A stretch of 64,000 nt of DNA from Prasinococcaceae sp. CCMP 1430 (taxonomy: Eukaryota; Plantae; Prasinodermophyta), in the NCBI GenBank assembly GCA_013416795.1, contig RQSC01000026.1:269-64268 (forward strand). The letters are read 5' to 3'. A program made the position numbers and the translations under genes. This document shows, piece by piece, positions 50,127 through 61,809 of this stretch. The first letter of the stretch is position 1. Each line of letters opens with the position of its first letter. The notes under the pieces were generated by a model. It saw only the letters and a list, made by a program, of their open reading frames with translations, ran no database searches and was not told where the DNA came from.

Positions 50127-51644
50127 GTGCCCGAGCCGGCGGCGGCGCTCGCCGCGCTGCCCGCCAGCGAGCGAGCGCTCGCGCCGCTGCTGTCGCACCG
50201 CGCGCTCGTCGTCACGCGCGAGATCGAGTGGGGGCAGCTCGTGCTGGGCTTCGAGCAGGCGAACCGTTACACCATTCGCGACGAGACGGGCGCCGCCGTC
50301 GGATACCTCGCCGAGGAGACCACTGCACTCTCCATGGTCGGCCGCCAGCTGCTGCGCCAACGGCGCGGCTTCACGGCCACTCTGCTCGACGCCGACGGCG
50401 AGCTGCTCATGCGCGTCAAGCGCCCGCCTTATCTCGTGTCGAGCACCGCGCGCATCGAAGACGCCCGTGGGAACGTCATCGGGGAGGTGCGTTCCCCCGC
50501 CCGCGCGCAAACGCGCGCGCCCGAGCTCGCGTGCACGTGACACAGCGCGCGCGAACTTTGCCGGGTGTGCTACGCTGCTCCGAAGATGCTGCACTCCTCG
50601 CGAACGCTCTGGCTGCCGCTTTTATTGGAGGTCACCCGATGCTCACGCCAAATCCTCCGCTTGCCACTCGCGCCCGCTCGCCCGCCCGACCGCCCGCGTG
50701 CGCAGGTCTTCGGCCGCTGGTCGCCGACGAGCCGCAACTATGACATCTTCCTGGGCGAGCGCCAGGTCGCGCGCGTGCGCGCGGGATTCCTTGCTTGGGA
50801 GTTCGTGCTCGAGGACGAGGCCGGAGCCGTCCGAGCGGTCATCGATCGCAACTTCCAGGGGTTCGGCAAGGAGCTCTTCACTGACGCGGGTAAGTATGCC
50901 ATCCACTTCGCCAACGAGCAGGAGGGCGGAGAGGACAACGGCCTGCGCGCGCCCCCTGGAGGCGTCTCGCGCCACGCGCCGCCACCGGGCAACACGTATG
51001 CGCTGGAGCGCGCGAGCGCTGGCCCCGGCGCCGGCGACGCGTCCGCGCTCATCGCGCCCATCGAGGCGCCGCTTGGCGTCAGCGAGCGAGCGCTCGCGCT
51101 GGCGTGTGCCATCAGCGTGGACTTCGACTACTTCAGCCAGCACAGCCGCTCGGGCGGCGTGCTGTCGCCCTTCGGCCTTGGCATGCCAATCCCCGTGCCG
51201 ATGCCCGCGCCCGCGCCCAGCGGCGCGGATTCAGAGGCAGAGGCGCCTGGCGTCGCGGGCGGCGCGGGCGCAGCGGGCGGTGCCGCTGGCTCCGCCGGCG
51301 CGGCCGCCGACCCGTCCGCTTACGAGCTCGACCTCGGGGAGGATGAGGATGCGGGCGGTGAGGCGTCCGAGTGGGGAGACCTCGGCGGCGATCGATTCGA
51401 CCTCGGCGGTGGCGGTGGTGATGGTGGCAGCGGAGGCTGGGGCTGGAGTGACCCCAACGCTAGCGAGAGTGGGCAAGAGCGCAGCGAAGACGGCGGCGGG
51501 GGCGGCAGTTGGTGGGGTGGCGATGGAGACGGCGGTGACGATGATGACGACGGCGACGGCGGCTTCTTCGGCGGCGATGACGACGGCGACGGCGGCGGGG
51601 GCTTCTTCGACGCACTCGGGGACATGTTTGGAGGCGACGACTAG
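50127..51644 (+). CDS. Phospholipid scramblase family protein (AIM25-like) with a Gly/Asp-rich tail; intron 50487-50705; start uncertain
   Basis: LVVTREIEWGQLVLGFEQANRY, RQLLRQRRGFTATLLD, WEFVLED, AVIDRNFQGFGKELFTDAGKYAIHF, ERALALACAISVDFDYFSQHS. Confidence 0.88.
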
Positions 51645-51864
51645 AGTGCCTTACGCCGCCCGAACGCGCGAGCGCTGCTGTGTATGTATGTATTTGTTCC
51701 AAAAGCGTTCATGGCGCATGTTCACTCGTGCTCGCGGGCGGGCGCGCATGTGGGGCGTGTGCGCGTGTGTGGCAAGTTTCTCGTCATTACAAAATGCTTT
51801 CGCGCGCGCGCGCACACTGGCGTAGCGTGGGCGCGCGGGGATGCCCTCGCGCGCGTTCAACGCG

Positions 51865-53374
51865 CTAGATGCGGTTGAGGTCCCGCTGGAACTTCTGCGC
51901 CTCGCGGAACGCCTTCTTCGCGCTCGCCATGAAGCCACCGCTGCCATCGTCCTCGTCGTCGTCGGAGTCGTCCTGCTCGAGCGCGCGCGTGCGTACGCGT
52001 GCGCGCGTGCATGCGTGGGTGGGACGGGTGCGATGGGAGGGGTGCGCGTGCGTGTGAGCTCGTTGCAATGCCCGCGTGTGCGCGTCCCCCGCGCGAGCGG
52101 CGGGCAGGCGCGCGCGCGCGTGCGCACCTTGCCAAGTGTGCCGTCATCCAGCGCATCCATGAGGTCGAAGATCTCCTCCGAATTGGGGCGTTGGTCCATC
52201 TGCAAGCGCGAGCGTCCGGCTGTCAGGCCACGAGTCTGCGCGCGCGGGCCAGCGCGCGCGCGTGCACCACAGGCACGTGCACACGCGCACCCACACACGC
52301 GGCGCGCGCGCGCGCATGCACACAACGGCGCGAGCGAAAGCATCCGCGCACCTCCTTCGCGAGTATGTACCGCCCCGGAAGCTCCGGGTCGCCCAGGAAG
52401 ACGCGCCACGGCGCGGGGTAGCACTTGTACACGCTGCCATCGCCGATGGGGCGGATGGAGTACGACTGCGGGTGGGGCGCGCGCGCAGCATGACGGTCAG
52501 TGGAGGCCGACGCGACACATGCGCAGCGCGCACATCGTGCGCGCCACGCGCGCAGGCGCACGCGGAGACGCGCACGCGCTCGCGCGCGCGCGAACGCGAA
52601 CGCAATACTCACCACACACATCTGCAGCGTGAAGTCGCGGAAGGTGTCGCGCAGCGCCAGCCCCACGCCGACGTCGCCGCTGGCGAGCCGGGGGTTGAAG
52701 AGCACGAGCGCGGCGCCTGCCTCCGCGGCGGCCTCGGCGATCGCGATGACCTTCTTAATTGATGGCGGGTCGGGGATGCACACGAACACCAGCGAGGTGT
52801 CCTCGCGCACGATGGACGGCAGCCTGTCGTCCAAGGAGGCGAAGCGGAAGGGCGCGCCGGTGCCCCAGCGGCTCTGCAGCATGGCAGCCACGCCCGCGTC
52901 GGGGTACACCGCGACGACGCCGGGCATGGTGGCGGGGCCCTCGCCCTCCGCCTCCGATCCCTCGCCGTACTCCACCTCCGCGTCGCCGCGCACCATGGCC
53001 TCGGTGGTGAGCTCGACGGCCGCGCGGCTGAGCGCCCACAGGCGCATCTGGTCGCCCTCGCTCTCCATGAGCGCACCGGAGAGCGGGTCGAAGAGCTCGG
53101 GGATGAGCAGCTCGCAGAGCGCCTGCGGGTTGCCGTCGCCGAGGGCGCGCGCGGTGGCTTCTGCCGCCTGCTCCACGGCGGCCAGCATGTCGTCGGGGAG
53201 GACGTCGTCGTCGCGCGGCGCGGCGGGCGCCGCGCCCTCGGCGGCCGCCTCCGCGCGCGGCGACGAGCGCCGCGGCGCCCGAAACGGGCGCGCGCGTGCG
53301 CACGCGCGCCCGGCTTCGTGCGCGGGTTTGAACGGAATCCCATGTAAAAATGGAATCCATAGGATACGTTGCAT
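51865..53374 (-). CDS. DUF1995 family plastid-type protein, four exons; start uncertain
   Basis: ELLIPEL, EGDQMRLW, AVYPDAGVAAMLQSRW, FASLDDR, LFNPRLASGDVGVG, YSIRPI..G.VYKCYP..WRVF...PGRYILAKE; GTGYGY/CAG introns; TTACA (TGTAA on the minus strand) at 51787. Confidence 0.85.
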
Positions 53375-53819
53375 GTGGATTCAACTATTTCATTTGAATT
53401 TATGGTGATGTTGAATCCGTCCGCTTCGGGCGCGCGCGGCCCCCGCCGAAACAAAAACGCCGCGGAGAGGCGCGGAGGGACGCGAATTCGCGACGGTAAC
53501 CGACGTTTTATGACCTCCGATCGCACTCAAAGTTCGAATTTCATCGCCGCGGGACGGAGGCGCGGGCGGGCGCGCGCCGCTTTTGGGGGGACGGCGGGGC
53601 GCGGGCGCGGGGCGGGGGCGCGAGAATTCGCGGCGATGAAAACAGTACATTGATGATATTTATATATTTATTTATGCAGAATGGAGCGCGAAATAGTGAT
53701 AATTGCAGCGGGGTGTTTGTGCTTGCTGCTTGCTGCGCGCGCAGGGGGGCGGGAGGTGGGGGGCGCGAGGGGGGGTGCCACACCGCCTACGCCCGCATCC
53801 CCCCCCCCCACCTGCAACC

Positions 53820-55213
<1,394 letters not shown>

Positions 55214-55502
55214 GTCCGCGCCCCCCCTCTCCCTTTCTGCGCACAGACCAACGTGCTGGCGTCTCTCCGCCCGCCACCGTCGCGACGCGCCGACTGCGCG
55301 CTGCGCGATGTAACACAGAAACTTAAACCAGACCTCCCCGCCATCATCCGGGCGCGGCGCGAGCGCCGGCCGCTCGAGCACTCGCCCTGTCGAGCGTGGT
55401 GTGGGGGGCTCGCGCGCGAGGCTGCGTGGTCGGCGCTGTACAACGTAAAGACTTACAACATGCGGGCGCTCGGGCGCCGCAACAAGTTCCTATCCTCGGG
55501 CC

Positions 55503-55976
55503 TCAGTACTCGCCGCGGCGCTCGTGCGTGGTCGCGCCGGCGGGCTCGGCGGCAATGCCGGAGAGCTCACGGATGCCCTCGGTGATGAGCTTGAGGTGCG
55601 CGCGCACCTGCGCCGCCTCCTCGTTGCGTCGCCGGACGGCGTCGTCCAGGATCTCGGCCTTCTTCGGGCAGAACGCCGCGACCTCGTCGGCCGTCATTCC
55701 CAGGCGGAAGCCGAGCCCCACGTCGACGTAGCACAGGGCGTCGGCTGCGACGTCTGCCTGACACAGCACCTCCGCCCCGATGTCGACGAGGAGGCGGCTT
55801 GGCCCACCGTCGGCGCACTGCGCCGCCCTGAGCGCCACCGACTCGGCGAGCTCGCGATACGCGGTCGCCTTGGCGACGTCGGCGTCGCGCGCGGCCTCGA
55901 TGGCATCAAGGTCGGCCAGCAAACGGGACGCGAAAGCCTCGTACGCGGCCACTTTCGCGTTGGGACCGGTTGACAT
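55503..55976 (-). CDS. UXT: UXT / prefoldin-alpha-like protein
   Basis: KVAAYEAF...L..DL...Y.EL...LVDIGAEVLCQADV...VDVGLGFRLGMTADEV...VRAHLKLITEGIREL; TTACA at 55453. Confidence 0.88.
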   Translation of the reverse strand: MSTGPNAKVAAYEAFASRLLADLDAIEAARDADVAKATAYRELAESVALRAAQCADGGPSRLLVDIGAEVLCQADVAADALCYVDVGLGFRLGMTADEVAAFCPKKAEILDDAVRRRNEEAAQVRAHLKLITEGIRELSGIAAEPAGATTHERRGEY

Positions 55977-58199
55977 CCTCCTCTGGGCGCGGGGCGCTCC
56001 CACGGCGACGCGGCGCGGGAACGGCGGCGAGCACGCGAGCTCCGGAGCACTGCGTATGGCCCTGCGCGCACGTGCGGCGCCCGCGGGGAGGCCGCCACGG
56101 GTCGCAACCAGCACATGCGCGTGCCCGAGCGAGCCCGGCGCGCCGGTGGGTGTCAGCGTCGCGTCCGCAGTCTGCCGCCGAGCGGGCGGGCTTTCTAGCG
56201 AGCGAGCAAAGGGCAGGGCACGCTCGGCTCGCGCGTCGGGTCGTCGGTTCAGAGTGGTGCATGAAGGTTGTCTGCAGCGCGGGACGCCTGCCCCGCCTCA
56301 GATCAGGTCTGTAAAGGTGTATGATGGTCATCGCCACCGACGGCGGCCCCTTCGCGATGCCTGTGGCGGCAAGGGGAGCGCGGCACACGCGCAGCAGCCG
56401 GTCGGCGCGGCCGCGCCCCGCGTACCTCGCGCGCCGCCCGCGCGCTCGAGGCGCNNNNNNNNNNNNNNNNNNNNNNNNNNNNNNNNNNNNNNNNNNNNNN
56501 NNNNNNNNNNNNNNNNNNNNNNNNNNNNNNNNNNNNNNNNNNNNNNNNNNNNNNNNNNNNNNNNNNNNNNNNNNNNNNNNNNNNNNNNNNNNNNNNNNNN
56601 NNNNNNNNNNNNNNNNNNNNNNNNNNNNNNNNNNNNNNNNNNNNNNNNNNNNNNNNNNNNNNNNNNNNNNNNNNNNNNNNNNNNNNNNNNNNNNNNNNNN
56701 NNNNNNNNNNNNNNNNNNNNNNNNNNNNNNNNNNNNNNNNNNNNNNNNNNNNNNNNNNNNNNNNNNNNNNNNNNNNNNNNNNNNNNNNNNNNGGGGGGGT
56801 ACGCCCCGGGGGCGCGAGGCCGCAGCCGCCAGCCGCCGCCAGCACACGCTGTGGCGCCTGCCCGCCGCAGGCGCCACGCCCGCAGAGGAATTTTTTTTAA
56901 AAAAAATGAAAACAAAAATGAAGGTCACTTGGCATGCGTATTTTCAAACCCTTCCCTGGCTTTTTTCAGCTCCAGGAAAATGGCTCTCCCGTGAGTGACT
57001 TCGACATTCATTTACAGTAAGCGCATAAATACGCGTCCACGCGCGTGGCGACGCGCCCATCGGGACGGCATCTTTGTTGGGAAAATGGGGCGAAATTCCA
57101 CCCAATGCACGCAAAATCCGCGTCACTTTTTAGATCTGCCTAGGCTCCCGTGGCTGAATGGAGGGTGGCGATGGACGTCACTTTGAACTGAATTCGCGTG
57201 GCGTCACCACACCTGTCTTTTTTGTGTGTGTTTTGGCGGCGCGCGGAGGCGCGCGCGCGCGCGCGCGCGCATCGATTTTCGCGCGCGCGCCCGCCGCCGC
57301 CGCNNNNNNNNNNNNNNNNNNNNNNNNNNNNNNNNNNNNNNNNNNNNNNNNNNNNNNNNNNNNNNNNNNNNNNNNNNNNNNNNNNNNNNNNNNNNNNNNN
57401 NNNNNNNNNNNNNNNNNNNNNNNNNNNNNNNNNNNNNNNNNNNNNNNNNNNNNNNNNNNNNNNNNNNNNNNNNNNNNNNNNNNNNNNNNNNNNNNNNNNN
57501 NNNNNNNNNNNNNNNNNNNNNNNNNNNNNNNNNNNNNNNNNNNNNNNNNNNNNNNNNNNNNNNNNNNNNNNNNNNNNNNNNNNNNNNNNNNNNNNNNNNN
57601 NNNNNNNNNNNNNNNNNNNNNNNNNNNNNNNNNNNNNNNNNNNNNNNNNNNNNNNNNNNNNNNNNNNNNNNNNNNNNNNNNNNNNNNNNNNNNNNNNNNN
57701 NNNNNNNNNNNNNNNNNNNNNNNNNNNNNNNNNNNNNNNNNNNNNNNNNNNNNNNNNNNNNNNNNNNNNNNNNNNNNNNNNNNNNNNNNNNNNNNNNNNN
57801 NNNNNNNNNNNNNNNNNNNNNNNNNNNNNNNNNNNNNNNNNNNNNNNNNNNNNNNNNNNNNNNNNNNNNNNNNNNNNNNNNNNNNNNNNNNNNNNNNNNN
57901 NNNNNNNNNNNNNNNNNNNNNNNNNNNNNNNNNNNNNNNNNNNNNNNNNNNNNNNNNNNNNNNNNNNNNNNNNNNNNNNNNNNNNNNNNNNNNNNNNNNN
58001 NNNNNNNNNNNNNNNNNNNNNNNNNNNNNNNNNNNNNNNNNNNNNNNNNNNNNNNNNNNNNNNNNNNNNNNNNNNNNNNNNNNNNNNNNNNNNNNNNNNN
58101 NNNNNNNNNNNNNNNNNNNNNNNNNNNNNNNNNNNNNNNNNNNNNNNNNNNNNNNNNNNNNNNNNNNNNNNNNNNNNNNNNNNNNNNNNNNNNNNNNNN

Positions 58200-60779
58200 C
58201 GCCCGCACCGGCGCGGGCGCCGGGCGGGCTGCTGCCGCCCGCCGAGCCGCGCGCAGTCGGCAGCGAGCGCGAGCTGGCGGCGGCGCTCGACAAGTGCTTC
58301 CGCGAAATGCTCCCTTCCAAGGACTGGAACGAGCGCATCGCCGCCATGTCGGGCGTGGAGTCCCTGGTCACCGGCGGCGCGGCCGAGGAATTCCCAGGGG
58401 CGCTCTCAGAAAAGCTGCGCGAGCACCGCGAGGTGCTCATCGCGCAGGTCGCGGACCGCCGCTCGGCTGTGATGCGGCAGGCCTGCCACCTTATCGCCAC
58501 GGCTGCGCACGCGCTGGCGCCGGTGGGCGGTCTGGACGCGCTGGCGGACACGCTGCTCGCGGCGCTCGGCAAGTGCGTGGTGATGACGGTGGCTGTGATG
58601 GCCGACTCGGCCCACATCTGCGCCATGGCGCTGGTGGCGTTCTGTCACCCGGGGCGCACCGTGCCGCGCTGCGCGCGCTGGGCGTCGCGCGAGAAGGGCG
58701 CGACCCTGCGCGTGCGAGGCGCGCAGTACGTGGCGGCCGCGCTCGTGCGCTGGGCGCCCGCGGGCGACGCAGCGTGCGATGCTAAGGTGCTGGGCGCCGC
58801 ACTGGAGGCCGTGCGCGGCGCCGGGAGCGACGAGAAGGATGCCAAGGTGCGCGCGGGGCTGAGAGACATCTTCGGCGTCGTGGCGTGCGCCTTTCCTGAG
58901 ACGGCGAAGGAGGAGCTCGAGAATGCCGGCGTGGCGCTCGCTCGCCAGCTCGCTCGCGTGGAGCCGCAGGATGCCTGGGCGCGCGTAGGCGGCGCGCTCG
59001 AGGAGGCGCTCGGCTCGGGTGCGTCGGGGCGCGTGGTGGGTGCCAGGAGCGCCTCTAGCCGCGCGCAGGGTGAGTGGAACCAGTACGTGGGCAAGGGCGC
59101 CGCGCATGCGCACGCGCATGCTGCCGCGCACGGGGAGGCGCGGGGGAGGCCCGCGAGCGCGCATACTGGGTCGCATCCGAGCTTGCTCGACGAAATGCCG
59201 GTTGGCGCTGGGGCGGGCGCGACTGGCGGCCTGGGCGCACCCGCACGACGCACGCGACCAGCGTCGGCGGCGCCGCGTGCCAAGTCTACGGTAGGCGTCG
59301 GCAACGTCGGTGGCGGCGGCGGCGGCGCAGGTGCGGGCCCTCGCAGAGTGCTGCAGCCGAGCCAGGAGAACCGAGCCGTCGGCGCTGCAGCTGGTGGGCC
59401 GGGCTCTGCTCGCGCGCGCTTGTCCAAGGCAGCGTGGGGCACCGAGCCCGTGGGGTCGAGGAACGGCCCTGTGGAGGTGGCCGACGAGGCCGATGCCGAA
59501 ACCGAGGACGAGGCGCCACGCGCGCTCCCCGCTGCGTTGTCCCTGGCGGCAGCCGCGCTCGGCGGCGCCAGCAGCTGGCAGGCGCGCGAGTCGGTGCTCG
59601 CTACCCTGCGGCTGTCGCTGGAGCGCCACCCTGGGGGCTGCTCGCTGGCGTCCGCTGAGCGCCTCGCGGGCTGCCTCGAGTCGGCGCTTCAGGACGCCCA
59701 CTCCCGAGTGGCTGTTGCCGCGCTGAGCGTGGTGAGCGCTGCGGCGAGGCGTGTGGCGCTCGCGATGGAGCCCACGCTCGAGCGCGTGCTCCCGGGCGTG
59801 CTCGCGCGTGCGGCGGACGCCAAGGCGCCAGTGGCGGCTGCTGCTGGTGAAGCACTGGATGCGCTGCGCTCTGAGTACGGCGGCGAGGCGCTGCTGCCTG
59901 CGCTTCTGCGGGCGCTCGAGGCGCAGCGCGCGCCGCGCGCGCGCGCGGCGACGCTCGAGTTCGCGCTCGTCGCGCTGCCGCGCGCCCCAGCGCCGGCGGG
60001 AGCGAATCTGCGGCAATGGGCGTCGCGCGTCGCGCCGCTCGCGGCAGATCGCGTGCCCGAGGTCCGCCGTGCGGCTGCCGCCGCCCTCGTGTCGGTCTAC
60101 GAGAGCCTGGACGCGTCTGCCCTCTTCGGTGCACTCGTCGCGCTGCCCGCCGCCGAGCAGAGCACCGCGCGGCGCGCCGTGGCAGACTACGTGCCGTCGC
60201 TCGACGCCGAGATCGCCGTGTGGGCGCGAGAGCGCTCCGCCGGCGGCCACGGCGCCGCAGTCGCGGCGGTCGCCGCCGCACGCGAGAGCTACTACGGCAG
60301 CGACGGAGGCCAGTATGGCGGAGCGAGCGGGGGGACGTCTCACGACCAGCTCGAGGCGTCCGCAGGCGTCACAGAGGGCTACGCCGCGCAGCATGCGCGA
60401 GCGTACGCGAGCCCAGTAGCGCACGCCCCGTCCGGCGCGGACGCCGGCGGCCACCCGGCGCAGGGTGGCAGCGCCGGGCGCGCGTCGCCGTACGGGAGGG
60501 CCGGGGACGCCGCGGGCGCGGGCGGTGCGGGTGGCGGCGCCGGTGACGCGTTCTCGAAGTGGACGGTGCCGTCCGACGCGCGGCCGAGCAGCCGCTACGG
60601 CGGGGACGTCGACGACACCTTCGATGACGCCGACAACATGGTCGCGGCACCGTCGTCGCCTTCGCCGATCCAGTCCTCCGCATCGAAGGCCACGCCGATT
60701 GGCGCGCCCGCGGCCGCTGAGCCCGCGAGCGCGGGCGGCGACGCCGTGCCCGCGAACGGAGGCGCGCCCGCCGGCGCCG
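58200..60779 (+). CDS. CLASP: CLIP-associated protein (CLASP), TOG/HEAT repeats; both ends in gaps
   Basis: PSKDWNERIAAMSGVESLVTGGA...QVADRRSAVMRQACHL matches the plant-type CLASP TOG2 pattern; a further HEAT array (SSWQAR...LQDAHSRVA...LERVLP) follows; TGTAA at 61649. Confidence 0.9.
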
Positions 60780-61809
60780 NNNNNNNNNNNNNNNNNNNNN
60801 NNNNNNNNNNNNNNNNNNNNNNNNNNNNNNNNNNNNNNNNNNNNNNNNNNNNNNNNNNNNNNNNNNNNNNNNNNNNNNNNNNNNNNNNNNNNNNNNNNNN
60901 NNNNNNNNNNNNNNNNNNNNNNNNNNNNNNNNNNNNNNNNNNNNNNNNNNNNNNNNNNNNNNNNNNNNNNNNNNNNNNNNNNNNNNNNNNNNNNNNNNNN
61001 NNNNNNNNNNNNNNNNNNNNNNNNNNNNNNNNNNNNNNNNNNNNNNNNNNNNNNNNNNNNNNNNNNNNNNNNNNNNNNNNNNNNNNNNNNNNNNNNNNNN
61101 NNNNNNNNNNNNNNNNNNNNNNNNNNNNNNNNNNNNNNNNNNNNNNNNNNNNNNNNNNNNNNNNNNNNNNNNNNNNNNNNNNNNNNNNNNNNNNNNNNNN
61201 NNNNNNNNNNNNNNNNNNNNNNNNNNNNNNNNNNNNNNNNNNNNNNNNNNNNNNNNNNNNNNNNNNNNNNNNNNNNNNNNNNNNNNNNNNNNNNNNNNNN
61301 NNNNNNNNNNNNNNNNNNNNNNNNNNNNNNNNNNNNNNNNNNNNNNNNNNNNNNNNNNNNNNNNNNNNNNNNNNNNNNNNNNNNNNNNNNNNNNNNNNNN
61401 NNNNNCGCTCGCCCGTCCGCCCGCCCGTTAGACGCATGCCGCCCGCAAGGCGCATCGGTAATACCAGTAGCAGTGTCCCTGCACCCGGCAAGCACCTTTC
61501 GTCACGCGCGCGGCGAGCTGTGTGCGCGCGCGCAGCCTGCGTGCGCGCGCGCTCGACGCGCGCGCGCTGCTCTCAGGAAGAGTGGCGCTCCGTTCACTCA
61601 TGACATCTGCCAGCGATTCTTATGCGCTCAAAATAGGTGGCGGTGGTATGTAAGCATAAACACAAGCGACTGCGTGATCGCGTCGCTGCTCAAGCCGCGC
61701 CCAGCGGTTGGCGCGGTCGGCTGCGCGCGTAAGTGTCGGTTGGTACGTAGCACGTGCAGTGTGGGGTGCGTCGCTGTGCGTCCTCGCACTCGTGGCGTGA
61801 CCGCCCGTC

